A stretch of 64,000 nt of DNA from Limisphaerales bacterium. GTDB lineage: Bacteria; Verrucomicrobiota; Verrucomicrobiia; Limisphaerales; DSYF01. Shown in pieces: positions 46,620 to 59,872 of this stretch. The translations under genes were made by a program, and so were the position numbers. Below the pieces are notes generated by a model. The model ran no database searches and was not told the DNA's origin. It saw only the letters and a list, made by a program, of their open reading frames with translations. Location: the NCBI GenBank assembly GCA_046290825.1, contig JBKBTZ010000005.1:6873-70872 (forward strand). The letters run 5' to 3'. The number at the start of each line of letters is the position of its first letter. Within the stretch, counting starts at the first letter, position 1.

Positions 46620-46644
46620 CTTCAATCCTCCATCCTCAATCCCC
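46615..46644. repeat. 7-bp array (TCCATCC-like), upstream arm of the four-helix-bundle cassette
   Basis: gccatcttcaatcctccatcctcaatcccc; spans the amidase stop and four-helix start. Confidence 0.8.
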
Positions 46645-47754
46645 GCGTTTGAGTCCCCCCACTCCCCTCGCCACCGCCTCCGCCAGACGCTGGCGGTATT
46701 CGGGCTGGTGGATGCGCTCCGCTTCGGCGGGATTTGACAGGTAACCCGCCTCGAGCAGGACGGCGGGACGGTTCTGGCCGCGCAGCACGGTCATGAATCG
46801 CGCCCGGCGCACGCCGCGGTCGGGCGCGCCGGTGGCCGCCAGCAGCTCGCGATGCAGCCGCACGGCCAGTTGCAGGTTGGCCGCGTCGAACCGGTTGTTC
46901 GGGAAGGTCAGGGCGGTGTTGTCCTCGTAACCACGCGCCAGGTTCGACGGCATGCCGAACGGCGTCAGGCAGTAAGTCTCGATGCCCGCGTGGCCGTTGC
47001 CGTTGGCGGAATTGAAATGCAGGCTGAGGAACAAATCCGCGCCTGCCGCCTCCGCAATCGCCACCCGCGCGGGCAGCGACACGTCCGCGTCGTTTGTGCG
47101 GGTCATGACCACCTGCCAGCCCTGCGCTTCCAGCAGCGGTTTCAACCGCTGCGCCCAGTCGAGCGTGTAATGCTTCTCGAGCCGGCCCGGGACGGGACTG
47201 CGTGTGCCGCTGTCCGAACCGCCGTGGCCCGCATCCACGACAATCACCCGCCGCCCGCCGTTCGGCGGCATCCACGGTTCGGCCAGCAGCGGGAGCAGAT
47301 TTTTTTCCACGTCCAGCCGGTGCAGCCAGAGCGAGCCGTTGCGGGCCTGGGGGGGGAACCCCAGCCGGATTTCGAGGCCGTTCCAGCGCGCGAGTTCGCT
47401 GTCGGCCTTGAAAGCGAACTGCCCGCGCGGCGTGGCGAGCGAAAACTGGGCGGCGTTCTGTCCGTTGCCAGCGGTGAGCCGCGTCAATGGCCCAAGCTGG
47501 TTGGAGGCCGCCCACGCGCCGAGTTCGAGCCACGTTTCCGCCGGAACTACGGGCAGAACCGGGGCCGCGGGCGGGGGAACCGGGAACGGAACGGGAACAG
47601 CGACGGTCGGTGGCGAAACCACGGCAGGAGCGGGCGTCAGGTCCACGTCCGGCGGCTGGCCTTTGCCGGGGCGTGACAACGGGGCGCAGCCGGCGAACAG
47701 CAACGCGGCGGCAACGAACAACAGCGGAATGCCCGGGCGGAACATGGCGCGCAT
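46636..47754 (-). CDS. N-acetylmuramoyl-L-alanine amidase (Amidase_3), lipoprotein
   Basis: Lipobox LFAGC, VDAGHGG, EK, SLHFN, LLEAGYLSN. Confidence 0.93.
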   Translation of the reverse strand: MRAMFRPGIPLLFVAAALLFAGCAPLSRPGKGQPPDVDLTPAPAVVSPPTVAVPVPFPVPPPAAPVLPVVPAETWLELGAWAASNQLGPLTRLTAGNGQNAAQFSLATPRGQFAFKADSELARWNGLEIRLGFPPQARNGSLWLHRLDVEKNLLPLLAEPWMPPNGGRRVIVVDAGHGGSDSGTRSPVPGRLEKHYTLDWAQRLKPLLEAQGWQVVMTRTNDADVSLPARVAIAEAAGADLFLSLHFNSANGNGHAGIETYCLTPFGMPSNLARGYEDNTALTFPNNRFDAANLQLAVRLHRELLAATGAPDRGVRRARFMTVLRGQNRPAVLLEAGYLSNPAEAERIHQPEYRQRLAEAVARGVGGLKRGD

Positions 47755-47788
47755 TGTGTGGGCGGCCCGGCCCCGCACAAGCCCGCAC

Positions 47789-48130
47789 TCAGCCGCCAAA
47801 CGCCCCCGCGTGCTCCGCGAAGCGGCGCTGAACGCTGCCGCACACCGACTCGCACAGGTTGAAAATGCCCCGGTCCGCGATGGCGTAGCGCACGCTGAGG
47901 CCGTCCTTGCGCCGCTTGAGGATGCCGGCGTCCACCAGCACCTGCAGATGCCGCGAGGCGTTGGCCTGCGTCAGGCCGGTGGCTTCCACAAGTTCGGTGA
48001 CGCTCAGCTCGCCGCCCTTGAGGGCGTGGATGAGCTTGAGCCGGCTGGCTTCGCTCAACGCCTTGAACCGGCGCGCGATGAGTTCCATCGCCTCGTCGGA
48101 CAGCTCCCGGGATTTGGATGATTTGGCCAT
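47789..48130 (-). CDS. ArsR/SmtB family transcriptional regulator
   Basis: FKALSEASRLKLI, SRHLQVL, RYAIAD, C-terminal CESVC. Confidence 0.92.
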   Translation of the reverse strand: MAKSSKSRELSDEAMELIARRFKALSEASRLKLIHALKGGELSVTELVEATGLTQANASRHLQVLVDAGILKRRKDGLSVRYAIADRGIFNLCESVCGSVQRRFAEHAGAFGG

Positions 48131-48202
48131 GCAACTTTGCCTGGCGGGTGCTTTTCCCGGCGCGGGTTGCCGCCCGGAAAAATTTCCGCTTGCGGGAACA
48201 CT

Positions 48203-48222
48203 ATATGAGCATATACTCATAT
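48203..48222. promoter_or_regulatory. Putative ArsR operator palindrome
   Basis: ATATGAG-CATATA-CTCATAT in the divergent intergenic region. Confidence 0.75.
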
Positions 48223-48259
48223 CGTCAAACGGAACTTTGCAACCAGGTCACATCCGATT

Positions 48260-48472
48260 ATGAAAATGGAAAATGCCATCCGCATCCTCGCCGGCACCAT
48301 GGTGCTGCTCAGCGTGGCCCTCACCCACTTCGTCAGCCCCTGGTGGCTGCTGCTCGCCGTGTTCGTCGGCGTGAACCTCATCCAGTCCGCCTTCACCGGG
48401 TTCTGCCCGGCGGAGAAGATCCTTGCGAAACTCGGCGTCGGCCAGGGGGGCAAATCATGCTGCGCGTCCTGA
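48260..48472 (+). CDS. DUF2892/YgaP-like membrane protein
   Basis: IRILAG, FVGVNLIQSAFTGFCP. Confidence 0.88.
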   Translation: MKMENAIRILAGTMVLLSVALTHFVSPWWLLLAVFVGVNLIQSAFTGFCPAEKILAKLGVGQGGKSCCAS

Positions 48473-48627
48473 TCGCCGTCGGCCTGGGCGCGGCGCTGGG
48501 CGCGGCCCTGGGCTATTTCGGGCAATGCACCTCCGGCACGTGCCCGCTGACCTCGACGTGGTGGCGCGGCGCGCTCTACGGCGGGTTCATGGGCCTGCTG
48601 TTTGGGGTTTTCTCCGGCCGGAATTAA
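48457..48627 (+). CDS. Small membrane protein with CxxGxCP motif (DUF6132-like)
   Basis: MLRVLIAVGLGAALGAALGYFGQCTSGTCPLTSTWWRGALYGG. Confidence 0.75.
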   Translation: MLRVLIAVGLGAALGAALGYFGQCTSGTCPLTSTWWRGALYGGFMGLLFGVFSGRN

Positions 48628-48653
48628 GCGTAGAGCTTGAGCGAGGTTCCCTT

Positions 48654-49676
48654 ATGAAACTCACCCTGTTTTCCACGATGGCTCTGCTGGCGGCCGTTCT
48701 GGCCGGCTGCGGGCGCGCGCCCCAACCCAAACCGGCCGCGGCCCTGCCAACCGCTACCGTCCGCGCCCAGAAGATTGAAACGCGGCGCGTGCCCGTCACC
48801 GAGGAAGTGGTGGGCACCGTGCGCTCGCGGTTGCGCGCGGCGGTCGAGGCGAAGGTCAGCGGGCGCATTCTGGCCCTGCCGGTGATCGCCGGGCAGTCGC
48901 TGGCGGAGGGCGATCTGATCGCCCAGCTCGACGCGCGGGAGATTCAGGCGCGGCTGGACCAGGCGAAGGCGGCGCTGGAAAACGCCGATCGCGACCTGCA
49001 ACGCTACGCCACGCTGCTCCAGCAGCAGGTGCTGACGCGCGCCGAGTTTGACGCGGCAGAAGCCCGCCAGCGCATGGCCCGGGCGGCGGTCGCGGAGGCG
49101 GAAACGATGCTGGATTACGCCCGGGTGGCCGCGCCGTTCGCGGGGGTGGTCACCCGCAAGCTGGCCGAGGTGGGCGATCTGGCGACGCCCGGCCGGGTGA
49201 TCGTCGAGATGGAAGACCCGAAAACATTGCGCGTCGAGGCGGACGTGCCCGAGGCGCTCATCGAGTTCGTGCGGGTTGGCGCGGTTATGAACATTCACGC
49301 GCCCGGCCTGGCGGCACCGCTGGCGGCGACGGTCTCGGAACTTTCCCCGGCGGCGGATCCGAACAGCCGGACGTTTCCGGTGAAACTGGATTTGCCGGCC
49401 AACGCGCCAGTGCGCCTCGGACAGTTCGTGCGCGTGGCGGTGCCGGTGGGTGAGGCGGATGTCCTGCGGGTGCCGACGCGGGCGGTGGTGGTGCGCGGGC
49501 AAATGGAAATGGTCTTTGTGGTCACCAACGGCGTGGCCCAGTTGCGCCTCGTCAAGATGGGCAAACGCAGCGGGGACACCGTGGAGATTGTGTCCGGCCT
49601 GAGCGCCGGAGAGAGCATCGTGGTCGAGGGCGCGGCGCAGTTGCGCGACGGCCAGCCGGTGCGAATCGGGAACTGA
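48654..49676 (+). CDS. RND efflux periplasmic adaptor (MFP), lipoprotein
   Basis: Lipobox LAGC, lipoyl half-motifs, coiled hairpin, APFAGVV, SRTFPVK. Confidence 0.93.
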   Translation: MKLTLFSTMALLAAVLAGCGRAPQPKPAAALPTATVRAQKIETRRVPVTEEVVGTVRSRLRAAVEAKVSGRILALPVIAGQSLAEGDLIAQLDAREIQARLDQAKAALENADRDLQRYATLLQQQVLTRAEFDAAEARQRMARAAVAEAETMLDYARVAAPFAGVVTRKLAEVGDLATPGRVIVEMEDPKTLRVEADVPEALIEFVRVGAVMNIHAPGLAAPLAATVSELSPAADPNSRTFPVKLDLPANAPVRLGQFVRVAVPVGEADVLRVPTRAVVVRGQMEMVFVVTNGVAQLRLVKMGKRSGDTVEIVSGLSAGESIVVEGAAQLRDGQPVRIGN

Positions 49677-49677
49677 G

Positions 49678-53040
<3,363 letters not shown>

Positions 53041-53119
53041 TCTTTTGCGCCCGCAAAGGCCCGTCCGGCGGCGGGCACCGTTTGCTTTCCGCCCCTGCGT
53101 CGCGTAAAAGGACCGGGTT

Positions 53120-54157
53120 ATGAAGAAAGCCGAAAAGCCCCCCACTGACCCCGAGTTGAAACGGCGCATCGAGGAACTCATCGCCTACCGGGGCGGCGGT
53201 TACAACGAGGACGCGGTCGCGGACATCATCGAGAACGCGCTCAAGCTGCTCAAGGACGTGAAAGACAGCGGCGATGTGCGCGTCATTCAGACCGCCGTCC
53301 GCGAGCTGCGCTACGCGTTCAAGCTGTTCGCGCCCTACGCGGACAAGCGCAAGGTGACGATGTTCGGTTCCGCACGCACCTCCGCCGAGCGCCGGGAATA
53401 TCAGCAGGCGGTGGATTTTGGCCGCAAGATCGTGCAGGCCGGGTTCATGGTCATCACGGGAGCCGGTCCCGGCATCATGCAGGCCGGGCACGAGGGGGCA
53501 GGCCCGGAAAACAGCTTCGGCGCGAACATTCGCCTGCCGTGGGAACAGGGGGCAAACCCCGTCATCGCCCAGGACAAAAAGCTCATCACCTTCAAGTATT
53601 TCTTCACCCGCAAGCTCACGTTCATCCGGCACTCGGACGCCATTGTGCTGTTCCCCGGCGGCTTCGGGACCATGGACGAGGGATATGAGGCCATTACGTT
53701 GATGCAGACGGGCAAGAGTCAGCTCATGCCGCTGGTGCTTGTGGACCGCCCGGGCGGCACCTACTGGAAGACGTGGGACAAGCAAATCCGCGAACACCTG
53801 CTGCGTGACGAGCTGATCTCCCCCGACGACCTCAACCTTTACCAGATCACGGACAACACGGACGAGGCGGTGAAGATCATCACGCGCTTCTACCGAAATT
53901 TTCATTCGACACGGTTCGTGAAGGACCTGCTGGTCATCCGTCTCAAGCACACCCCGTCGGCCACGGCCATCGAGGCGTTGAACGAGGATTTTTCCGACAT
54001 CATCGCCGAGGGGGGCGAGCCGTTCCGCGTCATCCCGCCGACCGAGGAGGAAGTGGCCGACCACGACCGGCTCGAGCTGCCGCGCATCGCCTTCAGCTTC
54101 AACCGCCGCGATTACGGCCGACTGCGCCAGGTGATTGACGTGCTGAACCGGCTTTGA
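53120..54157 (+). CDS. LOG family protein (TIGR00730-like)
   Basis: [23 protein letters not shown]. Confidence 0.92.
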   Translation: MKKAEKPPTDPELKRRIEELIAYRGGGYNEDAVADIIENALKLLKDVKDSGDVRVIQTAVRELRYAFKLFAPYADKRKVTMFGSARTSAERREYQQAVDFGRKIVQAGFMVITGAGPGIMQAGHEGAGPENSFGANIRLPWEQGANPVIAQDKKLITFKYFFTRKLTFIRHSDAIVLFPGGFGTMDEGYEAITLMQTGKSQLMPLVLVDRPGGTYWKTWDKQIREHLLRDELISPDDLNLYQITDNTDEAVKIITRFYRNFHSTRFVKDLLVIRLKHTPSATAIEALNEDFSDIIAEGGEPFRVIPPTEEEVADHDRLELPRIAFSFNRRDYGRLRQVIDVLNRL

Positions 54158-54254
54158 AGGCCGCTCGGACCGGCGGAAAAAAGGTTCGCCTGCGGCCGGC
54201 AAAACCGGCTATAACTGGCGGCCCGGCGGCCAGCCCCGCCGGTCTTTTCACACC

Positions 54255-55136
54255 ATGACCAAGAAGTCCGTGCTGCGGTTCGGGCTGCCGAAGGGCAGCC
54301 TCCAGGAAGCCGCCCTCCAAAAGATGGCCAAGGCCGGCTGGAACATTTCCGTCTCCAGCCGTTCCTACGTCCCCTACGTGGACGACGATGAGCTGGAAAT
54401 CCGCCTCATCCGCGCCCAGGAAATCAGCCGTTACGTCGAAAATGGCGTGCTCGACGCCGGCATCACCGGGCACGACTGGATCATTGAAAACGATTCGAAG
54501 GTCCACGAGGTGGGGGAGTTTGTGTTCAGCAAGGTCAGCCGCCAGCCCACGCGCTGGGTGCTCGCCGTGCCGGAAAATTCACCGATCCAATCCGTGAAGG
54601 ACCTCGAGGGCAAACGCATCGCCACCGAGGTGGTGAACCTCACCAAGCGCTGGCTCAAGAAGCACGGGGTGAAAGCCGAGGTCGAGTTCTCGTGGGGTGC
54701 CACCGAGGTGAAAGCCCACGAAATGGTGGACGCCATCATTGAGGTCACCGAAACCGGCTCCTCCCTGCGCGCCAACAAGCTCCGCATCGTCGAGACCCTC
54801 CTTACCTCCTCGCCCCGCCTCATCGTCAATCACGACGCCTGGAAGGACCCCTTCAAGCGGCAGAAGGTCGAGACGCTCGCCCTGCTGCTGCGCGGAGCGC
54901 TCGAGGCCGAATCCAAGGTCGGCCTCAAGATGAACATCGCCGAGAAAAACCTGCAGGGCCTGCTGGCCAGCCTGCCCGCCCTGCGCAACCCGACCATCTC
55001 CCAGCTCAGCCAGCCCGGCTGGGTGGCGGTGGAGACGATCATTGACGAGGCGGTCGTTCGCCAGCTCATCCCGCAGCTCAAGGCGGCCGGGGCCGAGGGC
55101 ATCATCGAGTATCCGCTCAACAAGGTGGTCTATTGA
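54255..55136 (+). CDS. hisG: ATP phosphoribosyltransferase (long form)
   Basis: [28 protein letters not shown]-terminal regulatory domain. Confidence 0.97.
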   Translation: MTKKSVLRFGLPKGSLQEAALQKMAKAGWNISVSSRSYVPYVDDDELEIRLIRAQEISRYVENGVLDAGITGHDWIIENDSKVHEVGEFVFSKVSRQPTRWVLAVPENSPIQSVKDLEGKRIATEVVNLTKRWLKKHGVKAEVEFSWGATEVKAHEMVDAIIEVTETGSSLRANKLRIVETLLTSSPRLIVNHDAWKDPFKRQKVETLALLLRGALEAESKVGLKMNIAEKNLQGLLASLPALRNPTISQLSQPGWVAVETIIDEAVVRQLIPQLKAAGAEGIIEYPLNKVVY

Positions 55137-55149
55137 GCGGGGATACCAT

Positions 55150-55180
55150 TTGACATCCGGACCGCGCTTTTTTCTACTTT
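55150..55180 (+). promoter_or_regulatory. Candidate sigma70 promoter for the bS22-like gene
   Basis: TTGACA-N19-TACTTT, 13 bp upstream of the ATG. Confidence 0.5.
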
Positions 55181-55193
55181 CCCCGCAAAACCT

Positions 55194-55295
55194 ATGGGTT
55201 CACTCAAAAAACGTCGCAAGGCGAAAATCAACAAACACAAGCGCCGCAAGAAGCTGCGGCTCAATCGCCACAAGAAGCGCACCTGGCAGAAGTAA
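55194..55295 (+). CDS. 33-aa basic protein, bS22/mS38 (AURKAIP1/COX24 domain)-like ribosomal protein
   Basis: Manual translation [33 protein letters not shown]; below the ORF-track cutoff. Confidence 0.85.
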   Translation: MGSLKKRRKAKINKHKRRKKLRLNRHKKRTWQK

Positions 55296-55326
55296 GCCTG
55301 CCCTTCCGCTGATTTTTCCCGGCTCA

Positions 55327-55365
55327 CGGCGGCGTTCGTTTCGGCGGACGCCGCCGCCTTTGTTT
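55327..55365 (+). terminator. Putative intrinsic terminator
   Basis: CGGCGGCGTTCG-tttcgg-CGGACGCCGCCG followed by CCTTTGTTT. Confidence 0.55.
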
Positions 55366-55371
55366 GGCCGC

Positions 55372-57036
55372 ATGATTTCGCGCCCCGTCGCCTTTGCCGC
55401 CCTGCTCCTGCTGGTGCCCCTGCTGGCGGGCTGTCGTTCCGTCGGCCCGGAGCGCGGCTCCCGCGCGGGGGACCGGGATGACGAACGCCAGGCCCGGGCG
55501 CACGCGCATTACGCGCAGGGCGTCCTCCTCGATCTCGACGGCCGCACCGCGGAAGCGCTGGAAGCCTGGCATCAGGCCGCGCTGCTCGATCCCGGCAATG
55601 CGGAACTGACGCTTGAAGTGGCCCGGCGCTGGCTGCTCCAGAAACAGCCGGACCGCGCGCGGGAACTGCTCGAGCGGGCCGCTGCCCGTCGTGACGCGCC
55701 CGCGCCAGTCTTGGTGCTGCTGGGCACCACCGAGTTCGCGCTGGGCCGGACGAATCAGGCCGAACAGGCCAGCCGACGCGCCATCACCCGCGACCCGCGC
55801 CACCTGCCCGGCCACCAAAATCTCCACACCACCCTGCTCAAATCGGGCCGCACCAACGAGGCGCTCCGGGTGCTCCAGGCCGCCGAGTCCGTCCGTTCGC
55901 CCGATGCGGAGTTCCTGACGGGCCTGGCCGAATTGTATCTGCTCCATGCCGCTGCGGTGCCCGCTGTGAAAACCCAGTGCGAGAGCCGTGCCCTCGACCT
56001 GGTGCGCCGCGCCGACGCACTGCAACCAGCAGAGGTGCCGCTCCGCCTGCGGCTGGCCGACGCCTTCAACGTGCTGGGCCAGTCCGACGAGGCCGCGCGG
56101 CGCTACCAGCAGTTGCTGGCTGACCACCCGCAGGTGCCGCTCCTTCAGGAGACGCTGCGCGCCAAGCTGACCGACCTCTACTTGCGCGGCCGGGACCCGG
56201 AGCGCGCCATCGAACAACTGCGCCTCATCGTGCGTGACGACCCGGCCAATCCGCAGGCGCATTACTATCTGGCGCTCCTGGCCACCGAGCGGAACGACGC
56301 GGCCACCGCCGAGGAGCATTTGCGGGCTGTCGTGGTCTTGAACCCGCAGTTCGAGCAGGCCTACTACGACCTCGCGCTGGCCCAGCTTTCCCTCCGCCGG
56401 ACCAACGAGGCCCTGGCCACCTTGATGACAGCGCGAAAGAAGTTCCCGCCCGGCTTCGTCGCCGAATTTCTCCTCGGTCTCACGCTTGCCAACTCCGCGC
56501 GCTACGCCGACGCCGTAGCGCACTACACCACGGCGGAGACGCTGGCCCGCGCCACGGATCCGAAGCGTTTGAACGCCCCGTTTTACTTTCATTTCGGCGC
56601 GGCCCTCGAGCGCAAGGGCGACTACTCCGGCGCGGTGGAATACCTGGAAAAGGCCCTGGCCCTGCAGCCGGACTTCCCCGCCGCCGCCAACTACCTGGGC
56701 TATCTCTGGGCGGAACGCGGCGAGAACCTGCCACGCGCGAAGGAACTGATCGAGCGGGCGGTAAGCGCCGAGCCGCAAAACGCCGCCTACCTCGACAGTC
56801 TCGCCTGGGTGCTGTTCAAGCTGGGCCAGCCAGCCGAGGCGCTGCCGGTGATGCTCCGGGCCATCGCTCTCGCCGAGGCGGAGGGAGATTTTGACGCGAC
56901 GCTCTACGACCACCTGGGCGACATCCAGGCGGCGTTGGGCAACCCCGCCGAGGCCCGCGCGGCGTGGCGCAAAGCCCTCGAGCACCAGCCCGAGGACCGC
57001 GCCGCCATCGAACGCAAGCTTTCGGCACCCCACTGA
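55372..57036 (+). CDS. TPR-repeat lipoprotein
   Basis: Lipobox LLAGC, many TPRs, NYLGYLWA...AYLDSLAWV...DHLGD. Confidence 0.88.
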   Translation: MISRPVAFAALLLLVPLLAGCRSVGPERGSRAGDRDDERQARAHAHYAQGVLLDLDGRTAEALEAWHQAALLDPGNAELTLEVARRWLLQKQPDRARELLERAAARRDAPAPVLVLLGTTEFALGRTNQAEQASRRAITRDPRHLPGHQNLHTTLLKSGRTNEALRVLQAAESVRSPDAEFLTGLAELYLLHAAAVPAVKTQCESRALDLVRRADALQPAEVPLRLRLADAFNVLGQSDEAARRYQQLLADHPQVPLLQETLRAKLTDLYLRGRDPERAIEQLRLIVRDDPANPQAHYYLALLATERNDAATAEEHLRAVVVLNPQFEQAYYDLALAQLSLRRTNEALATLMTARKKFPPGFVAEFLLGLTLANSARYADAVAHYTTAETLARATDPKRLNAPFYFHFGAALERKGDYSGAVEYLEKALALQPDFPAAANYLGYLWAERGENLPRAKELIERAVSAEPQNAAYLDSLAWVLFKLGQPAEALPVMLRAIALAEAEGDFDATLYDHLGDIQAALGNPAEARAAWRKALEHQPEDRAAIERKLSAPH

Positions 57037-57043
57037 ACCGCGC

Positions 57044-57427
57044 ATGGGCCATCAATTCGCCAGGCATTACACCCGCGAGGAGGCCCGCGCCCTGTTGCCC
57101 AAACTCCGCGAGTGGCTCGCCCAGCTCGAAGCGCTGCAGGCCAGCCTCCGCAAACACGACCGGCGCGTGGAGACCATGCTGGACGCCGGCACCGACCGCG
57201 GTGGTCAGACCGTCAACGACTGGGTTCGCACCATGGCGGACATCCAGCGGGTGTTGGAGGAATTCCGCCAGCGCGACATCGTGGTCGAGGACTTGGAACG
57301 CGGAAGACTGAATTTCCCGGCCATCGTTGGCGGGCGTGAAGTCTTCCTGAGCTGGCAGAAGGGGGAGCCAGACATTGAATACTGGCGCGACCTCGACGCC
57401 GGAGCCGGAGGGCGAACGCCGATTTGA
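57044..57427 (+). CDS. DUF2203 family protein
   Basis: YTREEARALLP, DLERGRLNFP, FLSWQKGE, AGGRTPI. Confidence 0.85.
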   Translation: MGHQFARHYTREEARALLPKLREWLAQLEALQASLRKHDRRVETMLDAGTDRGGQTVNDWVRTMADIQRVLEEFRQRDIVVEDLERGRLNFPAIVGGREVFLSWQKGEPDIEYWRDLDAGAGGRTPI

Positions 57428-57507
57428 CGTTGGCGCCAACTCAGGAAGGACGGAAGAACCGCCGACCCCTCACGGATACGGCCGCACCGCATCCATCGGC
57501 GGTGGTG

Positions 57508-58272
57508 CTACTCGAAGGAAACGGACGCGCCCGCCTTGGCGGCCAGCCAGGCGGCATAGTCCTCCGGACTGGTGACCACGAGGCGTCCGCCGGCCATCGC
57601 GGCGTGGCCGTTGCCGCACAACTGGGCACAGTAAATCTGGTAGGTGCCCGCCTTCTTCGGCTCAAACCACATCGGAATCCGCATGCCTGGAATCGCGTCC
57701 TGGGTGGCGCGCATGGCCACCACGCGGAACGAGTGGATCACGTCCTTCGAGCTGATGTAGGCGATGACGGGTTTGCCCACGGGCACGTGGATTTCGTTAT
57801 ACACCTGCACGTCATCCTTGCCCTTGGGGTCGTTGGGATCCACGCCGAAAAGATTGTTGTCCGCCACAAATTTCATGTCCTGCGCGCCAAACGCGCCATC
57901 AGGGCCGGCGTAGCGGGCGTTCCAGCCGAACTGCTGGGCGACCACATGGATGACGGTCGAGTCGCTTTCCTTGGGGAAGTCCCCAACCACCTTGCCCCAG
58001 AGGGGGATGGCCAGAAACAGCAGGAGAAAGCTCTCCGCCACGACCACGCCGACTTCGGCGTAGGTGGAGATGTGGCTGCGCACGCCAAAATAATTGGCCT
58101 TCGCGTTGCGGCGGGCGTTGAAGCGCCACAGCACGATCACGAAATAGATGAACCAGCCGACGAACAGCGCGATCATCAGCCAGTGCAGATAGACGATGAA
58201 CTCGTCCACCTTGTGGCCGTGGGTGGAGGCCAGCTCGGGCATGCCGAGGATTTTGTAAAAGAATTCCATCAT
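57508..58272 (-). CDS. coxB: Cytochrome c oxidase subunit II
   Basis: DVIHSF, CAQLCGNGHAAM CuA site, two TM helices. Confidence 0.95.
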   Translation of the reverse strand: MMEFFYKILGMPELASTHGHKVDEFIVYLHWLMIALFVGWFIYFVIVLWRFNARRNAKANYFGVRSHISTYAEVGVVVAESFLLLFLAIPLWGKVVGDFPKESDSTVIHVVAQQFGWNARYAGPDGAFGAQDMKFVADNNLFGVDPNDPKGKDDVQVYNEIHVPVGKPVIAYISSKDVIHSFRVVAMRATQDAIPGMRIPMWFEPKKAGTYQIYCAQLCGNGHAAMAGGRLVVTSPEDYAAWLAAKAGASVSFE

Positions 58273-58274
58273 GG

Positions 58275-58520
58275 TCAGGACGGGGAGTTGGCGGTGGCGG
58301 GCGCGGTTTGGGCCTCAAGCCGGGCCGCGCGGCGGATGATGAAGACGAAGAACGACGTGATGCCGCCCAGCACGAGAAGCAGAACGGCCAGCAGGAAATA
58401 GATGCCCATGTTCATGCCCTTGGCCATCTCGGAATCCGAGCGGCCAAAACAAGCGGTGCAGGCGGGGCTGGACAGCACCGTGACGAGAAGGAGCAGCGCG
58501 GCGGAAAGCAGACGGTTCAT
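58275..58520 (-). CDS. Small membrane protein with CxxC (ACTAC) motif
   Basis: Signal-like N-terminus, PACTACFG, one TM; tightly coupled in the cox operon. Confidence 0.7.
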   Translation of the reverse strand: MNRLLSAALLLLVTVLSSPACTACFGRSDSEMAKGMNMGIYFLLAVLLLVLGGITSFFVFIIRRAARLEAQTAPATANSPS

Positions 58521-58726
58521 AGGTAGCCAAGGTTCCGGGTCTTGCGAATGAAACGGATGCCGTAAATCACCAGGCCGGCACCAGCGACCAGACCGCCGAT
58601 GCCAAACCCGCGAAGCCAGCCGGAGGCGCCCTCCGCACTGGCGGCGTTCAAGGCCCAAGCGCCGAGGAAGAAGCACATCACGGCGGCCAGCCCGATGAAG
58701 AAGATGTGAAAGGCTTTCAAGGACAT
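58517..58726 (-). CDS. Small two-TM membrane protein
   Basis: MSLKAFHIFFI...; stop overlaps the next start. Confidence 0.7.
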   Translation of the reverse strand: MSLKAFHIFFIGLAAVMCFFLGAWALNAASAEGASGWLRGFGIGGLVAGAGLVIYGIRFIRKTRNLGYL

Positions 58727-58727
58727 G

Positions 58728-59084
58728 TCAGGGGGCCGCCACGGCGGACGGCGTTGAGGGACGAACGGGTTTTTCGGGCACTTCGTGCATCGCCCAGATG
58801 GTCAGCAGGAGCAGGAACACGAGAAAGAAGCCGGTGAAAGCGAGCAACGAGTAGATGAGCCGCTTCTCGGAAAACAGGTGCATCATGAAGCCGAGCACCA
58901 GCGCGGCCTGCACGCCGATCACGGCCAGCGACAGGCCAATGCTCAGCCGGGCGCTGCCGAGATCGAGGAGGTTGATGGCGACGACAATCAACGCGGCGAC
59001 CGCGATGCACACGGACACAATCACATACCGGCGGAGGTGCAAATCCGCCGGAGTCGGGGCCGGGGCCGGAATGGTTTCGCTCAT
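58728..59084 (-). CDS. coxD: Cytochrome c oxidase subunit IV family protein
   Basis: QAALVLGFMMHL motif, three TM helices. Confidence 0.8.
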   Translation of the reverse strand: MSETIPAPAPTPADLHLRRYVIVSVCIAVAALIVVAINLLDLGSARLSIGLSLAVIGVQAALVLGFMMHLFSEKRLIYSLLAFTGFFLVFLLLLTIWAMHEVPEKPVRPSTPSAVAAP

Positions 59085-59087
59085 AAC

Positions 59088-59867
59088 TCAGAACAGATAT
59101 AGCACGGGGAACACAAAGACCCAAACGAGGTCCACAAAGTGCCAGTAAAGCCCGGCGATTTCGACGCGGTTGGTGAAGCGCGCGGGGTCGCGTTGCCACA
59201 TGCCGCTGCCCGGCCCCCATAGATAGGCGAAGACCAGGATGCCGCCGATCAAGTGCAGCGCGTGCAGGCCCGTGATCGCCCAGTAAAGGCCCATCCAGGT
59301 GTTCAACTTGGGGGTGTAGTTGCTGATCCGTTTGATGTCGGCGGCCGCCACGGTGATTTCCGTGTGGGGCAGAGCCTTGTATTCCTTGCGCGTCCGGTCA
59401 AAGAGCACCCGCTGGTTGTCGGTCTGCACGCCATGCACGACGACTTTTTCGTCCGTGCGGGAAACGAGGTGGCCGTCCACGAACTGGCCGGACTTGGTCT
59501 CGATCCAGTAATGTGAGAATTTGTCGCGGTATTCAAAGGCCTTCACGCCCAGGAACAGGATGGCAAGCAGCAGGGTGATGCCGTGGTAGAGCTTGTAGCG
59601 CGGGAACTGATTCAACTTGAGGGCGGCCCAGGCCATGGTGGCGCTGATGCTTGAGGCGATCAGCACCATGGTGTTGAAGGTGCCCATCGGCACGCTCAAC
59701 CAGCCGCGCGGCCAGAGGCCCTCGGGCGCGCCGACCCGCAGCAGCACATAGGCCGAAAACATGCCGCCGAACAACATGACTTCCGACGCGAGGAACAGCC
59801 AGAGGCCGACCTTGGCGTTGTAGAGGCCCGTGTCCGGGCGCGGTTGGGTGGTGTAGGGAATCTGCAT
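59088..59867 (-). CDS. coxC: Cytochrome c oxidase subunit III
   Basis: WLFLASEVMLF, TGLHALH, YWHFVDLVW. Confidence 0.95.
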   Translation of the reverse strand: MQIPYTTQPRPDTGLYNAKVGLWLFLASEVMLFGGMFSAYVLLRVGAPEGLWPRGWLSVPMGTFNTMVLIASSISATMAWAALKLNQFPRYKLYHGITLLLAILFLGVKAFEYRDKFSHYWIETKSGQFVDGHLVSRTDEKVVVHGVQTDNQRVLFDRTRKEYKALPHTEITVAAADIKRISNYTPKLNTWMGLYWAITGLHALHLIGGILVFAYLWGPGSGMWQRDPARFTNRVEIAGLYWHFVDLVWVFVFPVLYLF

Positions 59868-59872
59868 GGAAA

